Assembly (NCBI GenBank): GCA_951801825.1
Contig: CATOOF010000001.1
Span: 380,132 to 444,131, forward strand
Length of the DNA stretch: 64,000 nucleotides
Direction: 5' to 3'
Source of the DNA: an uncultured Alphaproteobacteria bacterium
Lineage (GTDB): Bacteria; Pseudomonadota; Alphaproteobacteria; Rs-D84
Made by a program: the position numbers and the translations under genes. Below the pieces are notes generated by a model, which saw nothing but the letters and a program-made list of their open reading frames with translations, ran no database searches and was not told the DNA's origin. This document shows, piece after piece, positions 14,136 through 23,468 of this stretch (positions are counted from its first letter, which is position 1; each line of letters starts with the position of its first letter).

Positions 14136-14320
14136 CAATCTGTATCATGTCTGGTATAATTCCCATTGCATCGGGTGATACCCGGTGTGAGGTGTAACAA
14201 CCTCCAATAGTTTTAAAACTCCACAACCGGTTGGAGGGCTGTGATATATCTAAATAAACAGCACTATACTATTGTAGTTGTTAACCTCCAACCGCCCTTC
14301 ATCACGGCGGATTTTTGTTT
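14133..14320 (+). promoter_or_regulatory. Leader family copy A. Promoter TTGCAA-16-TATAAT (14133-14160), ~150-nt structured leader with a CCAACCGGTTGG hairpin, alternative antiterminator (GGTTGGAGG vs CCTCCAACC) and an intrinsic terminator (14291-14320).
   Basis: Near-consensus promoter. CCGCC/GGCGG stem plus T-run immediately upstream of the SD GGAGG of the HTH gene. X1/Y/X2 complementary segments. Homologous to the element at 25176-25365 (reverse strand) and 38318-38504. Confidence 0.6.
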
Positions 14321-14341
14321 TTCAAAAATACGGAGGATAAA

Positions 14342-14560
14342 ATGAAAACAGAACAGGAATTCGCAATTGCCTTGAAAAAAGCGATGCGCTATGCTCGTAA
14401 ACACAAATGCCCCCAGTATATCGCGCGACATATGGGACTGTGCCCCGGGGTATATTTTGCCTATGAATCAGGCGCTATAAAATTATCTGCATACCAGCTG
14501 TATGTGTTTATTCATTTAACCGGCATGGGACCGGATTTTATCACGAGTATTTATAAATAA
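14342..14560 (+). CDS. Small XRE-family helix-turn-helix protein (72 aa)
   Basis: SD GGAGG 5 nt upstream. HTH-like EFAIALKKAMRYARKHKCPQYIARHMGLCPGVYFAYESG. Paralogous to 24931..25155. Confidence 0.65.
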   Translation: MKTEQEFAIALKKAMRYARKHKCPQYIARHMGLCPGVYFAYESGAIKLSAYQLYVFIHLTGMGPDFITSIYK

Positions 14561-14647
14561 AAACAGTCCGGCGGCAATTACTTGCCGCCGGCCGCTCCTC
14601 TCCTTCCGATTACTCGGAAACTGTTTTGCCCAGAACCGCTTTAACCT

Positions 14648-14980
14648 TTATGCGGCCATGGCGACGCCGCGTTCGGATGAACCTTCGACATCGATAATCT
14701 TTTTAGCCTCTGCGAATACCATTTCTTTTACGCGCAGCGCCAATGTTTTTGTGTCCAGTCCTTCGGCGGCAACATCGAAATTATCTGTGCGAATCTGCAA
14801 TGATACGTATGCACCCACCAGTGATGCGCGTGGCAGGTCTTCAATAGAGCGTGGGGCGTTGTTCATGCCAATCTGCAGTTCATCCGACAGCGATATAATC
14901 TGGCGTGCTTCGTTAACCCATACCGTTGTTGTCAGAACCTTGTTTAAGGCAATCATTATTTCTTTTATATTTTTTGCCAT
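14648..14980 (-). CDS. Hypothetical protein (110 aa)
   Basis: Strong SD AAAGGGGGGA upstream. Terminator hairpin CCGGCGGCAA/TTGCCGCCGG plus T-run downstream on the minus strand. The overlapping plus ORF 14658..15008 is rejected as S-rich low complexity. Confidence 0.55.
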   Translation of the reverse strand: MAKNIKEIMIALNKVLTTTVWVNEARQIISLSDELQIGMNNAPRSIEDLPRASLVGAYVSLQIRTDNFDVAAEGLDTKTLALRVKEMVFAEAKKIIDVEGSSERGVAMAA

Positions 14981-15356
14981 GGCGTATCCCCCCTTTCTTG
15001 GATTTTAGGCCGAAAACATAAACTTCTTGTGTATTTACACCAGTATTTACATTTTCTGAATCAAATTGTGTCTCTTTGTTTCGTTTTTTGGCAGAAATCC
15101 GCTTTTATACGGTTTTCTGGGCTTTTTTTATCTTTTTCTCTTGTCTATACACGAATCATAGAACAAAAACGAATCGCAGGTCAAGCGGAAAATATGTTGA
15201 TTAAAATTTTATTTAAAAAAACACTATGTTGTATCAATATGTCATGGTTTCCCATAAAATAATTATAATATGGCATTGACAACCATAAATGGCCGTGCTA
15301 CATTGTCCACGAAGAACGGAGATGCCGGGCAAGTTCGGAAAACATAAGAACATAAA

Positions 15357-15809
15357 ATGTCATTGTTTCTCTCATCTTATGAAAATCGTTTGGATACAAA
15401 GGGGCGAATTTCTGTCCCGGCATCTTTCCGGGCTTCGATTTCATCAGATAAATTTGCCGGTGTTGTGCTGTTTCGCTCTTTTACGCATAATTGCATAGAG
15501 GGGGTCACAATGGCCCGCATGGAACAGCTGGCGGTGGCGGCCGATAAAAAGGGTGTTTTTGATTCCGAACTGGATGATTTGTCTGCGATGCTGTTTGCGG
15601 ATGCGCGGCCATTGGCGTTTGATGTGGCGGGGCGAATTGTGATACCGGCTGATATGCTGGCGCATGCCGGAATATCCGACCGTGCTGTCTTTGTCGGTCG
15701 CGGCAACAGTTTTCAAATCTGGGAACCGGATGCGTTTCATATGGCTCAGCACAAATCGTTACAAAAACTGCGTTCCGCGCGGCCGGATTTAAAAGTATTG
15801 GATAATTAA
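15357..15809 (+). CDS. mraZ: Transcriptional regulator MraZ (orphan; not followed by rsmH or the dcw genes)
   Basis: FLSSYENRLDTKGRISVPASFR is a signature MraZ N-terminus. Two MraZ repeats. Confidence 0.85.
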   Translation: MSLFLSSYENRLDTKGRISVPASFRASISSDKFAGVVLFRSFTHNCIEGVTMARMEQLAVAADKKGVFDSELDDLSAMLFADARPLAFDVAGRIVIPADMLAHAGISDRAVFVGRGNSFQIWEPDAFHMAQHKSLQKLRSARPDLKVLDN

Positions 15810-15835
15810 AAATCCCGATGTTCCCGGGATTTATT

Positions 15836-17824
15836 TTACCACAGTTTTATTCTGTCTTCCGGTTTGATGTACATCGGGCATTCGGGCGTTATTTTAAATG
15901 CATCATACCATGCGCTGATATGGGGCAGTATTCCGTTAACGCGATTTACGCTAAGCGAGTGTTCGTCTGTTTTTGTCAGGCGCTGTGCCTCTTCGGGTCT
16001 GATGTTTTGGCGCCATGCGTCGGCATATGCGATAAAGAAACGCATGTCCGGGGTCAGGCCTGCGGCGTCGTCTGATGGCGTGCCAAATTTTTTATATGCA
16101 TCAAACGCGATTGTAACACCGCCATAGTCGGCCAGATTTTCGCCCAGTGTAAATTCGCCGTTTGCATTTATTCCCGGTGCCACTTTGATATTGTCAAAGA
16201 ATTTACGCAGAACCTCTGCACGCTTATCAAACGCTGTGGCGTCTTCGGCTGTCCACCAGTCGTTTAAATTTCCGTTCTTGTCAAATTTGCGGCCGGAATC
16301 GTCAAATCCGTGTGTCATTTCGTGGCCTATAATCGCACCGATTGCACCATAGTTGAACGCGTCATCCGCCGTCATATCGAAAAACGGGTACTGCAGTATT
16401 CCCGCCGGAAAACAAATTTCATTTGTTGATGGGTCATAGTATGCGTTAATCTCGTGTGCGTTCATGTACCATAGGTTAGGATCATTTTTCTTTTCTATTT
16501 TATCCAGCCAGAACTGGTCTTCAAATTCTGCCACGCGCACCATATTGTCCCACAGTGAAATGTCGGGGGATATTTCCAGTTTGCTGTAATCGCGCCATTT
16601 GTCTGGGTATCCTATTTTTGCACGGAATGTCCCCAGCTTTTCCAGCGCGCTTGTCTTGGTCTGGTCCGACATCCAGTCCAGGTCTTTTATGCGTCCGGCA
16701 TATGCCCGTTGCAGGTTTTGCACCAGTTTTTCCATGCGGGCCTTGGCCTCGGGCGGGAAATATTCTTTTACATATATGCGTCCAATTTCTTCGCCCAGCG
16801 TTCCGTCCAGCAGTGCGATTGCGCGTTTCCATTTTGGTTTGGGTTCCGGCTGGCCCGCGATTGTGCGATTGTGGAAATCAAATGTTATGTCATAAGATTT
16901 GTCGTCTAACAAGGTGTCCGACGCATCAATAATGCGTAATTTCAAATAGTCCTTTATCAGGTTGATGTCTGTATCGTTCATGATTTTTATGGATTCTGCG
17001 ATTGCGCTGGGCTGGGCGATGTTTATTTTTGTTGCCGCCGCTGCCCCGCGTGCCGCCAGATATTTGTCCCAGTCAAAATCCGGATACTTTTCTTTTATTT
17101 CCGCGATGCTCATTTTGTGATAGTTGGCATGCGGGTCGCGCAAAACTTCTTTTGTGTGGAATGCGCGTGCCATGCGCTCTTCCAGGTCGTACAATTTGTC
17201 TGCATCTATCTTTATGCCGAAATTGGCTGACTGGCTGGCTATGAATTGTTTGTATTTTTTGCGTATTTCTTGGGATTTTTCATCGTTGTCGAAATAATAA
17301 TCGCGCGCCAGTCCGATGCCGCCCTGAAAAATGTGATAGATGAAATGCTCGCTGTCTGTGTCGTCCAGTGCGACCGTGTCACTCCAGAACCCGCCGGAAA
17401 ATTTATGCGCGCGTCCCAGATATTCCGGCAAATCAGCCGCGGACTTTATTTGGTCGACCGCGTCCAAATACGATTGAACGGGCGCTGTTTTTTCACTGTT
17501 GCGGCGTTCGTCATCCATTACGATTTTATAAAGCGTTCCGATTTTTCCTGTGTCTGTTTCGGCAATTTTGCGCACCCGTTCCAGATTGGTATTATGAAGA
17601 ACCTCAAACACGCCATATCGCGAATAATCATTGGGTATTGGATTGGCCCGTCGCCAGCCCAATGTCGCGTAATCATAAAAGTTGTCGCCTGGTTTGACGG
17701 TTTGGTCCATGTTTTCTATTTTTATACCCATTGTCATTACTTTTTCCTCCGTATAATTGTGTGCAAAAAGCAGGGCGCCAATCACCCCCAGAATTCCCAA
17801 TATGTTCAGAATTTTGTTTCTCAT
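15836..17824 (-). CDS. M13 family zinc metallopeptidase (PepO/neprilysin-like), secreted
   Basis: HEMTHGFDD (HExxH), GENLADYGG and other M13 motifs. N-terminal signal/anchor. Confidence 0.88.
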   Translation of the reverse strand: MRNKILNILGILGVIGALLFAHNYTEEKVMTMGIKIENMDQTVKPGDNFYDYATLGWRRANPIPNDYSRYGVFEVLHNTNLERVRKIAETDTGKIGTLYKIVMDDERRNSEKTAPVQSYLDAVDQIKSAADLPEYLGRAHKFSGGFWSDTVALDDTDSEHFIYHIFQGGIGLARDYYFDNDEKSQEIRKKYKQFIASQSANFGIKIDADKLYDLEERMARAFHTKEVLRDPHANYHKMSIAEIKEKYPDFDWDKYLAARGAAAATKINIAQPSAIAESIKIMNDTDINLIKDYLKLRIIDASDTLLDDKSYDITFDFHNRTIAGQPEPKPKWKRAIALLDGTLGEEIGRIYVKEYFPPEAKARMEKLVQNLQRAYAGRIKDLDWMSDQTKTSALEKLGTFRAKIGYPDKWRDYSKLEISPDISLWDNMVRVAEFEDQFWLDKIEKKNDPNLWYMNAHEINAYYDPSTNEICFPAGILQYPFFDMTADDAFNYGAIGAIIGHEMTHGFDDSGRKFDKNGNLNDWWTAEDATAFDKRAEVLRKFFDNIKVAPGINANGEFTLGENLADYGGVTIAFDAYKKFGTPSDDAAGLTPDMRFFIAYADAWRQNIRPEEAQRLTKTDEHSLSVNRVNGILPHISAWYDAFKITPECPMYIKPEDRIKLW

Positions 17825-17827
17825 TTT

Positions 17828-18880
17828 TTATTTTATTAATTCTACCAGCATATGTTCTAATGTCAACACTCCATCAGGGGTTGCGCAAAGTCTTTTATCC
17901 TGTTCTTTTATTAAATCAGGATTTTGTGACACCCAGTCCCAGTTAATTATTTTTTCTGTGTCCGGGGTAATTTTAACACCGCGAACAGTTCGCATGCCGG
18001 TAATGATTTTTTCGGTCGCGCGTGCCTCTGGCGACAGTGGCGAAAACCGTGCGCCGGCCCCCATTTGCTCAAACCAGCCGTCTGTTGTATATATCCGCCC
18101 GGCAGCGCCGCGTCCGATGCCGATATAGGGCGCACCATCCCAAATGTTTAAATTGTGCCTGCATTCAAATCCGGGGGCGGCGTAATTTGATATTTCGTAC
18201 CGTGTCAAATTCAGTGTGTCGCCAATCGCCGTGTACATATCGGCCATTTCATTGTTAGATGGCATTTCCAGACCCATTTTTCCAAACGGCGTGTCTGGCT
18301 CAATTGTAAGTTCATACATAGAGCAATGCTGCAGCCCCAGTCTGTTTATGTCGCGGCACATTCCAATAACAGTATCCGCCGTATGTCCCGGCAGGCCGTA
18401 TATAAAATCGGCGCTAACCCGTATGCCGCGTTTTCCTGCCGCGTCCAACAGGCCCAGTGCGTCGTGCACGGTGTGTCGGCGCCCCATAAATTCTAACTCA
18501 GTATCGTTTAAAGATTGGACGCCGACGGACAGCCTGTTGACCCCGCTCTCGATAAATTCTGTCATACGTGCGGCATCCAGTGTTCCGGGATTTGATTCCA
18601 GTGTAACCTCGCAGTCTTTGGCGATACGAAAGCAGTGATTGATTTTATTCATTATCTGGGAAAATGTCGAGGTCGGCATCAGGGATGGTGTTCCGCCCCC
18701 GAAAAATATTGTAGGAATATCCGCCGGGCCCAGGATTGTCCCCCAGTATTCTAGTTCGCGGCAAATTTCATTGGCATATTTATCCCAATCGGGCCGCACG
18801 GCCATTGAATAAAAAGCGCAATACTTGCACTTGGATATGCAAAAAGGGACATGAATATAGATATTATGGCTGGCGGTCAT
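17828..18880 (-). CDS. hemW: Radical SAM heme chaperone HemW (HemN-like)
   Basis: YIHVPFCISKCKYCAFYS CxxxCxxC radical SAM motif and HemN-like body. Confidence 0.85.
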   Translation of the reverse strand: MTASHNIYIHVPFCISKCKYCAFYSMAVRPDWDKYANEICRELEYWGTILGPADIPTIFFGGGTPSLMPTSTFSQIMNKINHCFRIAKDCEVTLESNPGTLDAARMTEFIESGVNRLSVGVQSLNDTELEFMGRRHTVHDALGLLDAAGKRGIRVSADFIYGLPGHTADTVIGMCRDINRLGLQHCSMYELTIEPDTPFGKMGLEMPSNNEMADMYTAIGDTLNLTRYEISNYAAPGFECRHNLNIWDGAPYIGIGRGAAGRIYTTDGWFEQMGAGARFSPLSPEARATEKIITGMRTVRGVKITPDTEKIINWDWVSQNPDLIKEQDKRLCATPDGVLTLEHMLVELIK

Positions 18881-18950
18881 AATGGCATTGTAGCGCGCAA
18901 TGCACTTCTTGCAAGGTCTAAATTATTATGCTATAATACGGCCATAGCGT

Positions 18951-20495
18951 ATGGATAGGATGAAATCAAGATTTGGTGTATTTTTATCAGGAATGTTGTT
19001 GCCTTTTGCGGCCTGGGCCGCGAACGAGGGTGTCCCGTCTTACTATCAAAAATCTTCCGGACCAAACGCCAATCAAATAGGGTATAGCCAGTACAGCAAC
19101 CAGGGTTATTCCAAATATGTTGGCTCGTCGGGCCAAAAACAGGTTGTCGGTACGCGTTCAACGTCTTATCAGGTGCCGCGTGCAAATACCGCCGTGCCTA
19201 CAAATTATGGCGTAATGACGACAAATGGTGTGGCTATGCCGCCCGCGGCCGAGCATCGAACCAATATATATGCGGGCTATTCGCGTCGTTTCGCAGATTT
19301 TGAATTTAAAACAGGCGTTAATTCCATTCTTGAATGGGATGATATGGTCTTTAATGAAATAAACGTCGGGGCCCAGCATAATTTTTCTCTGCGCGATTTT
19401 GACATGTTTGTATACGGCCAGTATGCCTATGGCAGACAAGAGCATGGCGGTTTGTCAATGGACTATGACCTGGAACCGTATGATTCTGCCTATCCGTCAG
19501 AGGGTATTTTTACCATATCCATTGGTAACCAGTCCGGAACGTCAAATCATTTTAAGTTTGGTATTGGTGCACGCCATATATGGGATATCGGGGGCTGGAA
19601 ACTGTCGCCGTCAATCGGATACGAGATATTCAAGCATGACTTGAAAATGTCGGACCATTATTATCCGAACCCGGGCATTTATCTGCCATTGCTGACGACA
19701 AAGGGCGACTATGTATTTGGTGATGCGGCCGGAAATTACTATGCATTCCCGCAAGGGGTTGAGGCGCCGGACGACCTGTATCAGGTGTGTATGTCGCCTG
19801 AGGATATAAAACTGGTCGATACGTCGGTTGTTGCCCCCGGGACGGGTATAATTTTACCAGAAGGCGGCCTGCACATGACGGATTACAATTCGTCCATGGG
19901 TACGACGCCGTGGGGTGTTGGGCCGGGCGACTGTGTTGTTATTGGTGGCGATGGCCCGGTAATAGTAGAGGGCACAACGCATATATATAACACAACATGG
20001 AGTGGTTTTTTCGTCGGTCTTGAAATTGAAAAGCAAATGACGCTGGCGGACAAGTTACGTTTTTATGTTCAGTTTGGTCTGCCCAAATATTCGTCTGAGG
20101 GAACATGGCCCATGCGCACTGATTGGCAGCAGAACCCCAGTTTCTTGGACGAGGGCAGCAAGGGTGCCTATTCGTACGCAGCAGAGATGGAATACAACCT
20201 GCGCCTGTCGGACAGACTGCAGTTGGCGTTAAAGGTTGATACAAACCTGTTCCATGTGGGCAAGATTCCGGGCAAGCTTTATGTTGCAGAATATACGGAC
20301 GTATCTGTTGACGAAAACGGTAATCCAATATTTGTTAAGGAAATTATAACAGACCCGGCTACTGGTTCCCAGACGACTGTTTTGGTACCCCAGCTGGAAA
20401 CGATTCCTGCGCATACCGAACACATCAGCAATTCGCTGAAAGAGGCCACGTGGCAGTCGTTCGGCCTGCATCTGGGCGTTAAATACGCATTTTAG
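18951..20495 (+). CDS. Outer-membrane beta-barrel protein (hypothetical)
   Basis: Signal peptide MKSRFGVFLSGMLLPFAAWA. Alternating amphipathic strands. C-terminal ...LGVKYAF aromatic terminus. Confidence 0.6.
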   Translation: MDRMKSRFGVFLSGMLLPFAAWAANEGVPSYYQKSSGPNANQIGYSQYSNQGYSKYVGSSGQKQVVGTRSTSYQVPRANTAVPTNYGVMTTNGVAMPPAAEHRTNIYAGYSRRFADFEFKTGVNSILEWDDMVFNEINVGAQHNFSLRDFDMFVYGQYAYGRQEHGGLSMDYDLEPYDSAYPSEGIFTISIGNQSGTSNHFKFGIGARHIWDIGGWKLSPSIGYEIFKHDLKMSDHYYPNPGIYLPLLTTKGDYVFGDAAGNYYAFPQGVEAPDDLYQVCMSPEDIKLVDTSVVAPGTGIILPEGGLHMTDYNSSMGTTPWGVGPGDCVVIGGDGPVIVEGTTHIYNTTWSGFFVGLEIEKQMTLADKLRFYVQFGLPKYSSEGTWPMRTDWQQNPSFLDEGSKGAYSYAAEMEYNLRLSDRLQLALKVDTNLFHVGKIPGKLYVAEYTDVSVDENGNPIFVKEIITDPATGSQTTVLVPQLETIPAHTEHISNSLKEATWQSFGLHLGVKYAF

Positions 20496-20521
20496 TTAAC
20501 GTTATTAAAAGGGGATTTGAT

Positions 20522-21580
20522 ATGAAATCCAGGAATATATTGCGCGTGTGCGCCGTTGTTTTGACGTTGTGTTGTGTTATGCCGGCACGTGGTGACCGCG
20601 GTACGTTTGATATGGAGCGTTGGGATGAAATATTGGCCGATGTGCGCAGTCGTGCGGCGGCAAACAATATATCAAATGCCACGATAAAGGCGGCACTTAA
20701 AACCCCGGCTTTTATTCCGTCCATTGTCCACAGCGATAAAAATCAGTCAGAGTTTAAGCTGACCCTGGACCAGTATCTGGCCCGTACTGTAAATGCAAAG
20801 CGTATTGCCAACGGCCGTCGCATGCGCGGGGTGTATCCCACGATGCTGACGCGTGTGGAAAATAAATACGGTGTTCCGCCGCATGTTATTTTGGCGTTTT
20901 GGGGGCTGGAGTCAAATTATGGCGAGTACAAGGCCGCGCACCGTCTGACGGATGCATTTTTAACACTGATGTATGACGGTCGGCGCCAGACTTTTTTTGG
21001 AAATCAGTTGTTGGCGCTGATGAAGATTGCGGATGATAACAATCTGGATATAACTCAAATCAGGGGCAGCTGGGCCGGCGCAATGGGGCACTTTCAGTTT
21101 ATACCGACGACGCTGGCGTCATATGGGGTTGACGGCAACGGCGATGGCAGTATTGATATAATCGGCAGTGTTGGCGACGCAATGTTCAGTGCGGCAAACT
21201 ATCTGAACAAACTGGGGTGGAACCAGAATGAAAGAATTGTGCGTGCGGTTGTGGTTCCGGCTGGTTTTGATACGGATATGCTGCGCGGTGATGTGAAAAA
21301 GAATCTGGCCCAGTGGGCCGAAATGGGGGTCACACTGCCTGATGGCGGGCCACTGCCGGCGGTTGACATGATGGCCGGGTTGGTCGCGGATGTTGCCGCA
21401 ATAGAGGCGGCGCGTGCCGCTGGCAATGCGGCGGCTGATGCTGATATGGATACAGATGTTGCCCCGCAGCCTGTTATAAAGGCATACCTTACTTATCCTA
21501 ATTTCTATCGTATAAAGAAATGGAATAATTCCAACTGGTATGCGATTGCGATTGCGTCACTGGCGGACGAGTTAAAGTAA
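20522..21580 (+). CDS. mltB: Lytic murein transglycosylase (MltB/Slt35 family)
   Basis: FWGLESNYGEY..., GAMGHFQFIPTT motifs typical of MltB-family lytic transglycosylases. Signal peptide. Confidence 0.8.
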   Translation: MKSRNILRVCAVVLTLCCVMPARGDRGTFDMERWDEILADVRSRAAANNISNATIKAALKTPAFIPSIVHSDKNQSEFKLTLDQYLARTVNAKRIANGRRMRGVYPTMLTRVENKYGVPPHVILAFWGLESNYGEYKAAHRLTDAFLTLMYDGRRQTFFGNQLLALMKIADDNNLDITQIRGSWAGAMGHFQFIPTTLASYGVDGNGDGSIDIIGSVGDAMFSAANYLNKLGWNQNERIVRAVVVPAGFDTDMLRGDVKKNLAQWAEMGVTLPDGGPLPAVDMMAGLVADVAAIEAARAAGNAAADADMDTDVAPQPVIKAYLTYPNFYRIKKWNNSNWYAIAIASLADELK

Positions 21581-21669
21581 ATTCAGCATAAATCGTTAAA
21601 AATAATAATAATTGCTAATGGCGGGATTCTTTGATAATCTTCCCAATATAAATATATAAAGGATATATT

Positions 21670-22635
21670 ATGGCAATCAAGGTTCGCGATTATGAAGTTC
21701 GCATGGCCCGCAATCGGGAAGAGCGCAAACAGGTTCGTCAATTGCGATATGATGTTTTTGTAGAGGAAGAGGGCGCCGGTGCAACCGAGGAACAGCGCGC
21801 CCTGCGTGAAGAATATGATGCATACGACCGCCATGCGGATTATATGGTCGTTCTTCATGCTGGAAAAATAGTGGGCACATACCGCATCATCAGCCGCAAT
21901 GCGGCCGAAAAAATGGGTGGCTTTTACACGGAAAACGAATTTGATATATCCAAGATCAAAAAGGCCCGTGGCAATATTGCCGAAATGTCGCGTGCATGCG
22001 TTGCGCGTGAATATCGCGAAAATGCATTGGTAATGCGCATGCTGTGGGCGGGATTGGGCGAATATGTTGTACGGCATAAAATTGCTATTTTGTTTGGCGT
22101 TGCGTCATGGGTTGGAAAAAATCCGGTTGCATCTGCCCAGGCGATATCATATCTGTATTACAACCATTTGTCGCCGACCAATCTGCGGGCAAAGGTTTTG
22201 ACGGATAATTTCGCCGATGGCGTAAACCCAAAAATGTCTCGCATGAACATATTGCCAGAGGTTTTTGTCGACAAAGACATGGCCACGCATGAAATGACCC
22301 CGCTGGTAAAGGGATATCTGCGCCTGGGGGCGTCATTTGGGCGCGGGGTATTTATTGATGCGCCGTTTAATTCCTATGATGTGTTTGTAATGTTACAGAC
22401 CAAGAACATTGCACCGGCGTATCAAAAGCATTTCTTGGGGCGTGAAAACGCACTGGCCGGTTTGGATGCGGATGCATCGAACGGCACAATGCGCACCATC
22501 GGCAAGATTGTTTCTTTCCCGGTTACCGGCCCGTTAAAGGTAATGGGTGCATTTGTTGAATTCTTATTACGCGAGGATGCGGCCGATGCAGAATACCGTG
22601 ATGATTCCAAAGACCCGGCGGAGGACGAAGACTAA
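21670..22635 (+). CDS. olsB: Ornithine-acyl-ACP N-acyltransferase OlsB (GNAT-like, hemolysin-like acyltransferase family)
   Basis: N-terminal YEVRMARNREERKQVRQLRYDVFVEEEG...TYRI motif block. Directly followed by a PlsC-type acyltransferase (olsA arrangement). Confidence 0.7.
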   Translation: MAIKVRDYEVRMARNREERKQVRQLRYDVFVEEEGAGATEEQRALREEYDAYDRHADYMVVLHAGKIVGTYRIISRNAAEKMGGFYTENEFDISKIKKARGNIAEMSRACVAREYRENALVMRMLWAGLGEYVVRHKIAILFGVASWVGKNPVASAQAISYLYYNHLSPTNLRAKVLTDNFADGVNPKMSRMNILPEVFVDKDMATHEMTPLVKGYLRLGASFGRGVFIDAPFNSYDVFVMLQTKNIAPAYQKHFLGRENALAGLDADASNGTMRTIGKIVSFPVTGPLKVMGAFVEFLLREDAADAEYRDDSKDPAEDED

Positions 22636-22637
22636 TT

Positions 22638-23468
22638 ATGGCGCGCGTCCGCAGACAAAATATTTTTAATACGACCCTGGCGGTGATAAAGTTCACAGTA
22701 TTCTGGTTGTTGGTGTTTTTACAGATGCCGGTAATCATACTGTTGCCGCGCGGCCGGGCCAGTGTATGGTACATGCGCGTTTTTATGTGGTTTCTGTTGA
22801 AAACCGCCGGTATACGCGTACGTGTCCATGGGGGGCTGGTTTCACATCGGCCGCTACTGGTTATAACAAATCATATTTCAATATTTGAAATCGCAACGTT
22901 TCCTGTTGCATTCGGGGGCAGTTTTGTCGCCAAGAAAGAGTTGGAATCCTGGCCGGTCGTGGGCTGGGTTGCGAAAAAGTTTGGTGTTATATTTGTTGAC
23001 CGCCGGCCGTCACATGCACGCGATGCCCTGGCGGTGGTTCAAAAGACAGTCCAGACCGTATCCTATCCCATGTTTCTGTTCCCGGAGGGGACAACAACAA
23101 ACGGCGCATATGTAAAGGAATTTAAAAGCACATTGTTTAACTTTGTAGAAAATTCCAATGTTACCGTTCAGCCCATGGCGACCGTTTACCGTCATTTGGA
23201 CGGGGTGCCCATATCTGATGAAGACATGGCGACACATTATGCCTATTTTGACAATTCAAAACAGGATTGCGGCCCGCGTGCGCCGCGTGAACGCAGTGCT
23301 TTTTCTCAGCTGTTTCACGTAATGGTTATTGGTGGGTTTCGCGTTGATATTACCGTTCTGCCGCCGGCCGACCTGGCGGGCATGGACAGAAAACAGATAG
23401 CGGCCGCACTGCAGAAAACAGTGTCTGAAAAATACATGGAATTAAAAGATAAAGAGATAAAAAAATGA
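22638..23468 (+). CDS. olsA: Lyso-ornithine lipid O-acyltransferase OlsA (PlsC family)
   Basis: NHISIFE(x)...FPEGTTTNG acyltransferase motifs. 3 nt after olsB. Confidence 0.7.
   Translation: MARVRRQNIFNTTLAVIKFTVFWLLVFLQMPVIILLPRGRASVWYMRVFMWFLLKTAGIRVRVHGGLVSHRPLLVITNHISIFEIATFPVAFGGSFVAKKELESWPVVGWVAKKFGVIFVDRRPSHARDALAVVQKTVQTVSYPMFLFPEGTTTNGAYVKEFKSTLFNFVENSNVTVQPMATVYRHLDGVPISDEDMATHYAYFDNSKQDCGPRAPRERSAFSQLFHVMVIGGFRVDITVLPPADLAGMDRKQIAAALQKTVSEKYMELKDKEIKK

Noticed and set aside
14658-15008. Plus-strand 116-aa ORF overlapping the minus-strand 14648..14980 gene
   Set aside because: Ser/Ala-rich low-complexity product with no SD. The minus-strand ORF has a strong SD and its own terminator.
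16521-18258. ORFs antisense to the M13 peptidase and hemW (for example 17246..17839, 17757..18128)
   Set aside because: Embedded in well-supported genes. Cys/Arg-rich nonsense translations.
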